From the NCBI RefSeq assembly GCF_006345805.1, contig NC_043001.1, positions 81,778,001-81,842,000 on the forward strand: a stretch of 64,000 nt of DNA, given 5' to 3'. Shown piece after piece: positions 51,709 to 64,000 of this stretch (within the stretch, counting starts at the first letter, position 1; every line of letters begins with the position of its first letter). Under the pieces are notes generated by a model. It searched no databases and was not told where the DNA came from. It was given only the letters and a program-made list of their open reading frames with translations. This stretch comes from Octopus sinensis. Taxonomy: Eukaryota. The position numbers and the translations under genes were made by a program.

Positions 51709-51929
51709 TCCTTTAGCATTTAAACTGGCCACATCCAGCACTAATATATTCTACCTGTCTTATGTTCAAACTAGCCAAATCTGGCCTCTCACACCTACCT
51801 GACAATGTCATTCTAAAACATGCAATCACATCGTCAAAATTTTAAAACTATGAGATAATACATGATTAATTTAAAACAATGTGATTAAATAAGCATTATA
51901 TTTGACAGAGTAATCTGAATGATAAAGGG
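51709..51929 (-). mobile_element. piggyBac-type MITE family F (221 bp)
   Basis: TTAA at both flanks; reverse complement of the 44671 family. Confidence 0.7.
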
Positions 51930-53603
51930 TTAAGACTACATAATCCAATGTGACCTTTCTTTTCTTTTTTTTTAAAGAATTTAGGGAACAATTAAATGAA
52001 GACATTGCTACTATTTTTATTACTGTACAGTTTAACTTCCCTTTGGTAGTAATTTACAAGGGACATACACATTCTGCAGCTCACTGATTAACCATTTGAT
52101 ATTTGAACTGGCCATATCCGACCTCTCATACCTACCCACCCCGAGTGGCTCTGTGGTAAGAAGTTTGCTTCCCAACCACATGGTTCCAGGTTCAGTTCCT
52201 CTGGCTATTGTAGGAGTCAACATTTTTAAAGGATTCTTTTTGAAGGGGCTGGGAAACATTGCAGTGTACAGTGTGTCTGTAAACTGTGAAGTTGGGGGTT
52301 TGGGCCCTTTGGTTTATTTTCTATTTTCTTTTTTTTTTTGTTGTTAATTCCACCCCTTTCATACTTGTCTTTTACTATAGCCTCAGGTCAACCAAAACCT
52401 TGTGAGTGGATGTGGTAGATAGAAACTGGAAGAAGTCAGTAAAATATGTGTGTGTGTGTGTGTCTGTCTGTCTCTGTGTGCATGTGTCTGTCCTCCTGAC
52501 ACCACTTGACAACTGGTGTTATTGTGTTTACATCCCTGTAACTTAGCAGTTTGGCAAAAGAGAACAATAAAATAATAGGCTTAAAAAATAAGTACTGGGG
52601 TTGATTCATTTGACTAAAAAGATAAAAAAGAGTGGTGCCCCAACATAGCCGCAGTCTAATGACTGAAACAGGTAAAAGAAACCACATCAAAATCTCAAAT
52701 CCACAAAATAATCTATAACTAATTCAAAACAACGTGGATAAATAAGCATTACATTTCACAGAGTAATCTGAATGCTAAAGGATTAATTAATAATAATTAA
52801 TATAAAACTTAAGCAGTCTCTCCATCTATGAATATCTGAAGAAGGAATTTTATTCCGAAATATCATCAGACTATGGATGACTAAATTCCAACAGGTATAT
52901 TTATATTATAGTGCATTGTTGTACCATTCAAAACTTTTTATTCTTTACGAACAATATACAAGTGAACTACAATACTCTCCTAACATTATCATTACTTTAA
53001 CACCTACTTTTCCATACTTGTTTGGGGCCAGGCGGGAGTATATTGGTACAAGGTTTGCTATTGCCAAATACCCTTCCTGTTGCCAACACCCAAACATTTC
53101 AAACAGAGTGATAATCTCCCAGTCTATTGAACAGTAGACAGCGTAGACATCTTTATGTGGAGAATTGGAAACAAACAACACCGTGTGGATGAGCCTTTTG
53201 TTTACAAAGATAACATAGCATGTCAAGAAGTTTGGACATAGCTTTCACAGTGGATTGTAAGGAAATGAGATCATTAGCGAAGCCCTTAATTACAATCAGC
53301 AAAAAAAAACAAAAAAACACATACAGATGAGAGACAATACAAAGTCTCACACACACACATATATATATACATAAATGTGTGTGTGTATAAATAAATAAAA
53401 AGGGGTTTGAATGATTGTGTATAGAGGGATAGAATATATAGTATAAATAGTATATATAGTAAACTGAAATGAAGTATTGATTGTCTTATTGAATAGATGA
53501 AATATTGAATATCAAATATTAAGCGACTAGTATAGTTTCTTGCATTAAAGCAATCTTCAAGGTCCCAGGTTGTGACAGGAGTATTTCAACTGTCCTGGTC
53601 GTG

Positions 53604-53641
<38 letters not shown>

Positions 53642-54173
53642 TCATTTTGTTTTTGCCTTAAACACTGTTTCTTTCACTCTTTTTTAATTTTCTTCTATAT
53701 TTTCTTTTTGATGAAGGATTAGTGTCCGAAACATCAAGACTCCTTTTTAAGCATTAAACTAATAGATTTGTTAAAAACTACTCTTTCTTGTGTTGTCTTC
53801 TTTCATTTTGTGTTTTTTACTTTCATAATACATACACACACGAGACAGGCTTCGTTCAGTTTCCATCTACAAAACCTACTTGCAAGGCTTTGGCCAGTCA
53901 CAGGGCTACAGGAGGCACTTGCCCAAGGTGACACGGCACACATTAGGACTGAGCCTAAAACAACCGCATGGTTGCAAGAGAACTTTTTAACCACCCAGCT
54001 AGCTTTCAGGGACACTGATTTCCAGCTCTTGCGTCAATAAATCATTCAACGATTTCCAGTGACTCGGAAATTCTACATTTCTATTACACCATTCACATGA
54101 GCAAAGCTAACTAGTAGCTGCAGTGAGGTGTGTTAAGATCTGTTGTTTTAAAGACCCCCCTCACCCTCTCACT

Positions 54174-54218
<45 letters not shown>

Positions 54219-55077
54219 TTCCCAATCTTAAATATAGACGGCCATACCTGACCTTTAACAGTCTGTTTTGATGTGGCTGTTCCATAATAAATGCTTTATT
54301 TTGGTTCCATATGTTGTTTTTTCGGTGAGGAAATTGTGTATCTATTTAAAACATTCTGGCATTTAATAACTTAGTAACTATTTTAAACTGTTACCATGGT
54401 GTCCAACTTATTTAAAATATGTTTTCTGGTGATCAAAACGCCAACTACCACACACACACTGTCCTTCTCTTAACATCTCCACATTGCTTTCTCTATCATT
54501 CACACTTGCTTTCCAAGTATACTCTGCTTTTTATTTCTGTTCCTTTCTCTTAGGTTCACTTTATCTCTCTATTACTTTCTATGTAGCTTTCCCTCTCTCT
54601 TTTTTTTATATGTGAGCATGTATTATAAAAGTACACTATCTCTCTATCTCTCCCTCTCTCCGTCCGTCTGTCTGTCGGTCTCTGTCAGTTTGTGTGAGTG
54701 TTACATCACTCTTTTTAGCTCACTCTCAATAGAACTCTCTCTCTCCACTTTAATCACCCACACAAGGTTACACACTTCACTTCAAACTCTTCACATTTCA
54801 AATTAATGAGGAAGCCATTATGCTGTTACCCAACCTGCTAGATATAACAGCCAAATCAACATCAAATCACTTTACAAATAACGACAACAAATTGTACTAT
54901 AACAACATGGCTAAAAAATTTTTTGTAAATCTAGCAAATTAGTTCACATAACAAATTGGTACAGCCATAGTACAAAATGCCTTGTGTTTCTTTTGGGTCT
55001 CAATAGTCTTGTGTTCAAATCTAACCACAATCAACTTTGCTTTTTATTCTCTTGGGGTTATAAAAAAAAAAAAAACA

Positions 55078-55482
55078 GGCGCAAGAGTGGTTGTGTGGTA
55101 AATAGCTTGTTTATGAACCACATGGTTCTGGGTTCAGTCCCACTGTGTGGTACTTTGGACAAGTGTCTTCTACTATAGCCTCTGGCCGACCAAAGCCTTG
55201 TGAGTGGATTTGGTAGACAGAAACAGAAAGAAGCCCGTCGTATATATATGTATGTATGTGTATGTATATGTTTGGGCGTCTGTGTTTGTCACCCCAACAT
55301 CGCTTGACAACTGATGCTGGTGTGTTTACTTCCCCGTAACCTAGCGGTTCAGCAAAAGAGACCGATAGAATAAGTACTAGGCTTACAACGAATAAGTCCT
55401 GGGGTCTATTTGCTTGACTAAAGGCGGTGCTCCAGCATGGCCGCAGTCAAATGACTGAAACAAGTAAAAGAGAGTAAAGAGT
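55078..55482 (+). mobile_element. SINE family A, full length
   Basis: Colinear with 23874-24282. Confidence 0.8.
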
Positions 55483-55593
55483 ATAGGTCTCTGAATTGTT
55501 AGAGCATCAAATAGGTTTATCTTGCAGCATCTGTGCTACATCTTTGTATTCTGAATTCTTAGTGGGAGCAAACTTTAACCTTTTAGTATTTAA

Positions 55594-56052
55594 CCCTTTC
55601 GTTATCAATCCGGCTGAAACCGGCTCTGGCTCTTTAGTATAAATGTCTTGTTTTCATAAGTTTTGAATTCAAATCTTCCACCAAATCTTAGTTAAAATGA
55701 TGTTCCTAACACTAGCTTAATGATAACGAAGTTAATTTACTAAATTCTTTGTTATCATCATCATCATTTAGCGTCCGCTTTCCATGCTGGCATGGGTTGG
55801 ACGGTGCAACTGGGGTTTGGGAAGCCAGAAGGCTGCACCAGGCCCAGTCTGATCTGGCAATGTTTCTATGGCTGGATGCCCTTCCTAACGCCAAACACTC
55901 CATGAGTGTAGTGGGTGCTTTTTACGTGCCACCGACACGGAGACCAGGCGAGGCTGGCAACAGCCACGATCGGATGGTGCTTTTTACATGCCACATTTAA
56001 AATAATTGAAAGTAACACAGAGCATCTCAAAATAAATACAGTAATGAAAGGG
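55594..56052. mobile_element. piggyBac-type MITE family E with nested SINE
   Basis: TTAA|CCCTTTC...GAAAGGG|TTAA; inserted in a family F MITE and contains a family B SINE (about 55760-55997). Confidence 0.65.
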
Positions 56053-56769
56053 TTAAACCAGCCATATTTGGCCCAAATATCTGACCTGTTTGTGCTCAAA
56101 CTGGCCAGATCTGGACTCTCACACTTCGTTTACAATGCTATTCTAAAAGTAAACTATCACATCATTTAAATCTGAAAGTTATAAGATAATATAGTATTAA
56201 TTCAAAGCAATGCGAATAAATAAGCATTTTGGCAATATGCTGTGCTTGAGAAGACTCATCATGTTTAGTGAAATTGTAGTGTGGCCATTTCTGGTGTCAT
56301 GTACCTGTGAAATCGTAATTGTGGCCATTGCTGGTAGTATGACCTTCGAAAGTTGGGCCTCACAGAGGTGAGGGACAAGGTGGTGAAGCACAATCTTTGA
56401 CTGTTGGGCCTTGCAGAAGCAATAACAAGTGACCAAGATCTTGGCAATATGCTGTGCTTGAGAAAACTCAGAAGCCAAGTGAAACATATTATTATTATTA
56501 TCATTAATTATTGGCACGTAAAAAGCACCATCCGACCATGGCCGTTTGCCAGCCTCGTCTGGCACCTGTGCCGGTGGCACGTAAAAAGTACTCACTACAC
56601 TCATGGCGTGGTTGGCGTTAGGAAGGGCATCCAGCCGTAGAAACATTGCCAGATCAGTCTGGGCCTGGTGCAGCCTTCTGGCTTCCCAGACCCCAGTTGC
56701 ACCGTCCAACCCATGCCAAGGTCAACTTTGCCTTTCATCCTTTTAGGTTTGGTAAAAAAAAAAAGTACC

Positions 56770-57056
56770 GATTGTTGCTACACATGGCTGGTCACAATGT
56801 GCATCATTGTTTTATCCTTCAAATGATGCCACCCTGCTGGCTGAGCGAGCAGGCCAACAGAAGAAAGAGTGAGAGAAAGTTGTGACGAAAGAGTACAGCA
56901 GGGATCGCCCCTCCCCCTCCATCTTGCCGGAGCTTCGTGGAACTTTAGGTGTTTTTACTCAATAAACACTCACAACGCCAAGTCTGAGAATCGAAACCGC
57001 GATCCTACAACTGCGAGTCCACTACCCTAACCACTGGGCCATTGCGCCTCCACAGT
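56770..57056 (-). mobile_element. tRNA-headed SINE family G
   Basis: Reverse complement of 46641-46945. Confidence 0.7.
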
Positions 57057-58629
57057 AGAAAGGATTATCACACAGAAATGTAACAACAGACTAATTAAGG
57101 CCCTTAATGTAGTCCCTACAACATACAACAAACTCAGTCAATACCACACAGAGACAAAGAAGATCCCTACCACACAGAAACAAACAAGGATCTCTGCCAT
57201 GCAGAAGAGGGCTCCATAAAAAGACATTTGGTAAATTCATTAAAAACCAAGCAGTATCCCCTAACCCCTAATTTTTTTTTTAATCCACTCCCTTAGGGTT
57301 CATAAAACATACATAAAAGGTGTTTTAAAGAGAAAGACTGGTAGACTAAACAACACTTCAAGGGTATGATGAGGTTAAGGTTAGGGTTAGTGAAAGGGGT
57401 GGGCAGTTGGCTAAATAACAAGAACAAAACAGTAGCATTGGTAAAGATATATAAAAAGACCCCAACTGTTTAAATGGGGGTGATGATAGTGATGATAATG
57501 AAGAAGGGTAGTGATGGTGGTACTAGTGACAGTGATGAAGATAGCGGTGGTGATAGCAATGATGATAGTGGTAGTGGTGGTGTGACAAGTGCTGTGAATT
57601 ATGGTTGTAGTGAGGTGTTGATACTGATGATGATGGTGGTGGTGGTGATGACAATGATGATTGTGATCATAACAATGATGGGCAGTGATGATAGTGGTGG
57701 TGGTGGTGGTTGTGGTGGTAGTAGTGACAGCAATACTGATGAAGGTGGTAGTGGTGATAGCAATGATGGTGGTACAGAAAAGTAATGGTGGTGGAATATG
57801 TAGTTGAATATGATGGTAGTGAGGTGGTGATGATGATGACGATGATGATGTGGGCATGCAGGTGTTGATAAATGATGTTGGCAGCAGCTGTAATGGCATG
57901 GCCCCCTACCACCCCCACACAAAATGGTAACGAAGTGATGATGGTGGTGGCAGCACTGATGATGATAAAAGTGTTGGTGGAGGTGGTGCAGGTAGAGGGT
58001 GGTGATAATGGTAGCAGTGGTGGAGGTGTTATCGATGACAGTGGGTGGAGCTAACATCAGCAGTGATGACATTAAGAACATGTGGTAAATGTTATCCCAT
58101 TTCACCATTCCCGGGGGGGGGGTTTCCCACTTGTTAAAATAATAACTGCTCTGTTGGGGACAACAAGGATTTTGAGATTGGTACTTGGGTGTTAAGCATG
58201 GTGGAAAGACACCCTGTGTAACCTTTGACAACAGGTTTCTGTCCCCTCACACAGAATTGGAACATGTAAAATGAAAAGGTCTGAGAAGTAAGCTAATACA
58301 ATAATAATATTCTACTGTGTCTAGGGAGAGTCATTTTCTTTTTGTGCCTTATAATTTAACACACTCACCGGTAAAATTTCCACTTATTTCTTATTTTTCT
58401 TTTCCTAAAATTTTCATTGTGTCTTGCAACCTTTTCAAAAAGGTTGGCCCCACCTGCAAGGTCATGTGCTGGTGATGCATGTGCCTAGTGTACCCTTATC
58501 AGACGGGTAGTCATGATGGGTATACTGGGCTTCGTATATTTTACCCCAGTGTCACTTTGATGGCATGCACTGCTCACTCACTCAATAATAATAATAATAA
58601 TGAAGATGATAATAATAATAATAATAATA

Positions 58630-58975
58630 ATTCGTTCGTTTATTGGCCACATGGGCTAACAAAAATTAAATAAAACATAAAGGGACAAAACACAGGACGA
58701 AAGTTACAAAGGGTTTTGTCTGTTTGAAAAAGTTCGTGTACAAAAGCAGGATAACAACGAAAAATAAGTAACTATTAAAACTCCCAATAGGGGGAGGCAC
58801 TTCGAAAGGTTACTCATGGAAAAATCAACTTTTTCAAGTTTCACTTGAAAAGGAAGATGAGAGTAGAGAGGGAAGTGCTGTCTGGTAGCAAGTTTATTGA
58901 AAGGTGGGTGAATGTCGCAAGAATGGCCAGTATGAATGGACCAATTCTGAGGATACACCTGTGAAAAATTAAGTA
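58630..58975 (-). mobile_element. Possible L2/CR1-type LINE 3' end
   Basis: Minus remnant NLLPDSTSLS..LFK*NLKKL, followed by AATAAA and a short repeat tail. Confidence 0.35.
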
Positions 58976-59670
58976 ACACTGGGGTCAATGTAATCAATTA
59001 CTTAATTTATTGACCCCCAAAAGGAAGAAAGGCGGTGGACAAAATACTGCTAAGTATTTCATCCAGCATGCTAATGATTCTGCCAGCTTGCCATAATAAT
59101 AATAATTATTATTATGGTAAAAATGGACCCTAATGACTATATGTTATGCTATAACATCCATACGACTGGAAATTTTCAACTCAAAATTTTCTATGTGCAT
59201 GTGTAAACTATTGACTATAAAAGTCATCCCGCTGGTCCACAAAGGGTTAATAATAATAATAATGGTTTCAAATTTTGGCAGAAGACCAGTGATTTCAGGT
59301 GAGGGGTAAGTGAATTACATCAACCCCAATGTTCAACTGGTACTTATTTTGACTCCAAAAGAATGAAAGACAAAATCGACCTCGGCAGAATTTGAACTCA
59401 GATCATAAAGCCAGGTGAAATGTGCTAAGCGTTTTGCCCAGCATGCTAACACTTCAACCAGCTTGCCGCCTTCGTAATAATAACAATAATGATTTCAAAT
59501 TTCGGCACAAGGCCAGCAATTTGAGGGGATTGGGCAAGTTGATTACATTGACCCCACTGCTTGCCTGGGACTTATTTTATAAACCTTGAAAGGATAAAGA
59601 GGTAACGTCAATCTCAGCAGAATTTGAACTCAGAATGTGAAGCTGGATGGCATGTTAACAATTCTGCTAG
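58965..59670 (-). mobile_element. SINE family C cluster
   Basis: Three reverse copies separated by TAA-rich spacers. Confidence 0.65.
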
Positions 59671-59694
59671 CTCACTGACTTCTTCATAATAACC

Positions 59695-59796
<102 letters not shown>

Positions 59797-60445
59797 ATGA
59801 GAAAGAAGGAAAACAACTGGACTCCAATGATACATGAAGAAGGAATGAGAAATCGAAAATAAAGATTCTTGAAATTCTTTTGTGGGATCAATTTCTTTAT
59901 AATGTTTTTTTTTTTGTTAAAAGTTGGGAGAAGGGCAAATATTGTGTGCGTACGTACTTGAAAGGGAGAGAAAATGTGCAAGTGAGAGAGAGACAGAGAG
60001 AGAGAGAGAGAGACAGTCAGACAAAGGAGCAGTGAATGTGTGAGGGAAAAAAGAGATAGAGGGAGACTGTGTATATAACGGAGAGAGAGAGAGAGAGAAA
60101 GAGAGGGGGTTATATCTGTAAGGCCAACAAAGTTTGAGAGCGTGTGCATGTACATGCCTGCAAGTGAAAATGCATGTGTGCATATTTTCATGTGTATGAA
60201 AACATTCTTGGTATAAAGGCCGAGGGCTGAGCATGAGGGAAAGAGAAAGGAAATAATATGTAATATGAGAGAGAGAGAGAGAGAGAATATCTGTGTGAGT
60301 GCGTGATAGAGAGAAAGAATGTTTATGAGAGAGAGAGAGAGAGAGGGAGAGAAAGAGAAAATGTGTACGAGAAAAAAAGAAAACGTATGAGAGAGAGAGA
60401 GAGAGAGAACATGTATGAGAGAGAGGACATGTACATGAAAGAGAG

Positions 60446-60599
60446 AAAACGTGTAGATGAAGGAGAGAAAACGTGTAGATGAAGGAGAGAAAACGTGTAG
60501 ATGAAGGAGAGAAAACGTGTAGATGAAGGAGAGAAAACGTGTAGATGAAGGAGAGAAAACGTGTAGATGAAGGAGAGAAAATGTGTAGATGAAGGAGAG
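60446..60599 (+). repeat. 22-bp minisatellite (AAAACGTGTAGATGAAGGAGAG) x7
   Basis: Six identical units plus one with a single change. Confidence 0.9.
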
Positions 60600-61685
60600 A
60601 GAGAATATATATGAAATAGAGAGAGGGGGAGAGATTGTGTGTGTGTGATAGGGAGAGAGAGAGAGAGAGAGTATCTGTGTGAGAGTGGGTGTGTGTGTGT
60701 GTGTTTCTGCAAGTGGAAATGTATATGTGAAAACATTCTTTGTATGCATGCTGAGGGCTCGGTGCATGAGTGTGTGTGTGTGTGTGTGTGTGGTGTGTGT
60801 GTGTGTGGAAACATGCTTTGTATGCATACTGAGAGGTGTGTGTGTGTGTGTGCATATTTACATAATTGTATGTGTGTGTAACTGTGACAACAATAAAACA
60901 GTGTCCCTATAAGGAGTTTTAGAGTGTGGGGGGAAGAGGGTGTAAGAGAATAGAATGCAGAAGAATCAAGGGGTGGGGAGATAGGGTGAGATGGGTGTAT
61001 TTGTATGAATGGTGGTGGTGGCAGGAGTAGAGAGAGAGAGAGAGAGAGGGTATGTGAATATGTGCATGTGTGTACAAAATTGCATGTGAATGTATCTGGT
61101 AGTAAGATATGTGTGTGTGTGTGTGTGTGTTGTGTGTGTGTGTGTGTATGTATGTGTGTGTGTGTGTGTGTGCAAAGGTGTATATGTATGTGATTGCATG
61201 CTGTATCTATCAGAGTCCAGACAGGCACACTTATCAGTGTTGTCCACCCCATGCCAACATGGAAAACAGACACATGATGATGGTGGTGGTGATGGTGGCA
61301 ATGATGATGATGATGATGATGAATATTCACTCATCCTGCTGCCGCATACCTCAAGAGATTATTAGATTAAGCTATTGTTTTTTAACGTTCACAGAGAATC
61401 ATTACATGAGATGTAAGGATATGTAAGGAGTCATTACATGAGATGTAAGGATATGTAAGGAGTCATTACATGTAGCGTCAGAACCTGCAAGGAGTTATTA
61501 CAGGAGATGTAAAAACATCTAAGGAATTATTTGATGTTATGTAAGGACCTGTTAGGAGTCATTACATGTGGTGTAAGGACCAGCATAGAGTCCATCCAAG
61601 GTAATAATGGGACCTGTAAGGAGTCATATGCAATGTAAGGACATGTAAGGAATCTACATGTGATGTAAAAATGCACAATCCTGTT

Positions 61686-62062
61686 ATTCTTTTATTTGTT
61701 TTAGTCATTTGACTGTTGCCATGCTGGAGCACCACCTTTAGTCGAACAAATCGACCCCAGGACTTATTCTTTGTAAGCCTAGTACTTATCCTATCGGTCT
61801 CTTTTGCCGAACCACTAAGTTACGGGGATGTAAACACACCAGCATCAGTTGTCAAGCGATGGTGGGGGAGGGGACAAACAGACACACAAACACACACACA
61901 CATATACGACAGGCTTCTTTCAGTTTCCATCTACCAAACCTACTCACAAGGCTTTGGTCAGCCCAAGGCTATAGTAGAAGACACTTGCCCAAGGTGCCAC
62001 ACAGTAGGACTGAACCCGGGACCATGTGGTTCGTAAGCAAGCTACTTACCACACATCCATGC
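61686..62062 (-). mobile_element. SINE family A, full length
   Basis: Reverse copy inserted in a degenerate 32-bp minisatellite. Confidence 0.75.
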
Positions 62063-63419
62063 TTGCACATGATATAATGACATGAGCAAGTAATCATTCT
62101 ATATATGATACATGATGTAAAAACATATAATGTATGGAATGATACATGATGTAAGAACATATATATATATGGAATGATACATGATGTAAGAACATATGTA
62201 TGGAATGATACATAATGTAAGAAACTATTATATGAGACGTAAGAACAGGGAACTATTTTATGTGATTTAAGAATAGGCATAGAATGATGATAGGATGTAA
62301 GAATATGTAAAGAATTGTTAAATGTGATTTAATATTATGCAGGAAAGTGTTATAGGAAGTGCAAGTATTCCTGCACCATGATTATTACATGCATATTCTT
62401 ACATCACATAAAATAGTTCCTTACATCATTACACGTGATGTAATAATACATAAGAAACTGTGTGCAAGACAATAATGCATAATATGTAAGAATGTGTAAA
62501 GAAGGATTACATGGAATGTTAGACTATGTAACAAATTATATAGGCCATAAAAGATCATTAAGTGATGCAAGGACTTATAATGAACTGTTATATGTAATGT
62601 AATGATCCATAAGTGTAAGAATACATTATTACTGCAATTTCAAAGCAGGATGGTGGACGGAGAATTGACAGAGTATGAAATTAAATAACACACAGCATTT
62701 AATGATGCATTGACATTGTAAGTTGAAATTCCACAAAGATCAGAATTTGTCTTTCAGACTTTTGCGGTGCATGTGGGTCACTGAAATGAAATAGGGGTCA
62801 AGTACTGGGCTCAACTCAATTTTGTCAATGATTCCTTCCACTCCCCTGAATCTGAGGCCTACATCTAAGTTAGATAGCATCACAGTCATTATCATTGTTA
62901 TCAATATTATTATTATTATTATTATTATTATCATTATTATTATTATTATTATCATTATTATTATTATTATGGTGATGAGCTGGCAGAATTGTTAGCATGC
63001 CGGCCAAAATGATTAGCAGCATTTTTTCCATCTGAAGGCGATCAACTGGCAGAATCATTAGCAAACCAGACATTCCATTTGTCTTTATATGTTCTGAGTT
63101 CAAATTCTTGTGAGGTCGACTTTGCCTTTCATGCTAAGTACCAGTAAAATACCCTGTTCCTACAGTAGAAAGGACTATTATAATTATTATGAAGGTGACA
63201 AGCTGGCAAAAATCATTAGGACACCAGGCAAAATGCTTAACGATATTTCATCTGTTTTTACGTTCCGAGTTCAAATCCCACCGAGGCCAACTTTGCTGTT
63301 CATCCTTTTGGGGTTGATAAATTGAGTACCAGTGAAACACGGATTGATGTAATCAACTAGACCCCCTCGCCACAAATTCGAGGCCTTGTGCCTCCAGTAA
63401 AAAGGATTATTATTATTAG

Positions 63420-63707
63420 GTAGTCTTATTTTAATCACGTACTTTCACTGCACTACCGAGTGCAGCTCTGTGTGCCTTGGGTATGTGCTGTGGTTTGTTG
63501 TGGTGCTCTTATTTTTACTGTATTGAAAGTGTTTTAGGTAGGGTGTGTGTGGTGCCTACTACAGCTACTTTCTGTATGTCACATGTACTTGTAAGTCCTG
63601 GTGTTTTTGCCATGCATTTGTCTGAATATTTTTTTATCATACTCACTGCGCCAACTATAACAGGAACTGTCTCTGTTCCCTGACTCCACATTCGAGTTAC
63701 CTCTATC
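63420..63707 (-). mobile_element. R4/Dong-like non-LTR retrotransposon 3' fragment
   Basis: IEVTRMWSQGTETVPVIVGAVSMIKKYSDK...IQKVAVVGTTHTLPKTLSIQ* (ORF 63515-63709). Same 3' UTR as the 34921 copy; embedded in (TAA)n. Confidence 0.75.
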
Positions 63708-63778
63708 AATTATTATTATGATTCTTTTCATTATTACAATTATTGTTGTTGTTGTGGTGGTTACTGTTATTATTACCG

Positions 63779-63818
<40 letters not shown>

Positions 63819-64000
63819 GGTCACAAGCTGGCAGAACCATTAGCATGCCAGACAAAATGCTTAGAGGTATTTCATCTGTCTTTATGTTCCGAGTTCAAAT
63901 TCCACCGAGGTTAACTTTACCTTTCATCCTTTTGTTGAGCAGTGGGGTTGATGTAATCAACTAGATCCCGCCCCTAAAATTCCAAGCCCTGTGCCTATAG

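Noticed and set aside
57371-57392. Interstitial telomere-like GGTTAG repeats
   Set aside because: Only about three imperfect units, within chance expectation.

Overview
AT-rich eukaryotic intronic DNA, most likely from a coleoid cephalopod (Octopus-like). That assignment is inferred from the very high SINE and microsatellite load, not from a database match. The window lies inside one large minus-strand gene, a Caskin (ankyrin-SH3-SAM scaffold) homologue. Three ankyrin-repeat exons are clear and splice in frame: 29017-29162, 20221-20316 and 13699-13829. The 5' exons were not found and probably lie beyond 64000. Two candidate microexons (12 nt and 8 nt) and two small candidate cassette exons also lie on the minus strand. 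Nearly everything else is intron. It contains several SINE families, fragments of CR1, RTE, R4/Dong-like, HERO-like and Penelope-like retroelements, a Tc1 transposase relic, hAT-, Tc1- and piggyBac-type MITEs (often nested), a decayed tRNA-Asp, micro/minisatellites and several long fold-back hairpins. I found no rRNA, CRISPR array or prokaryote-type system, and almost all ORFs in the supplied track are repeat read-throughs. The best leads are the microexon pair, the Penelope-type hammerhead ribozyme motifs, a 5'-inverted RTE insertion with TSD, local templated insertions, and near-perfect intronic hairpins (possible ADAR substrates). Repeat boundaries were read by eye and are approximate unless a TSD is given.
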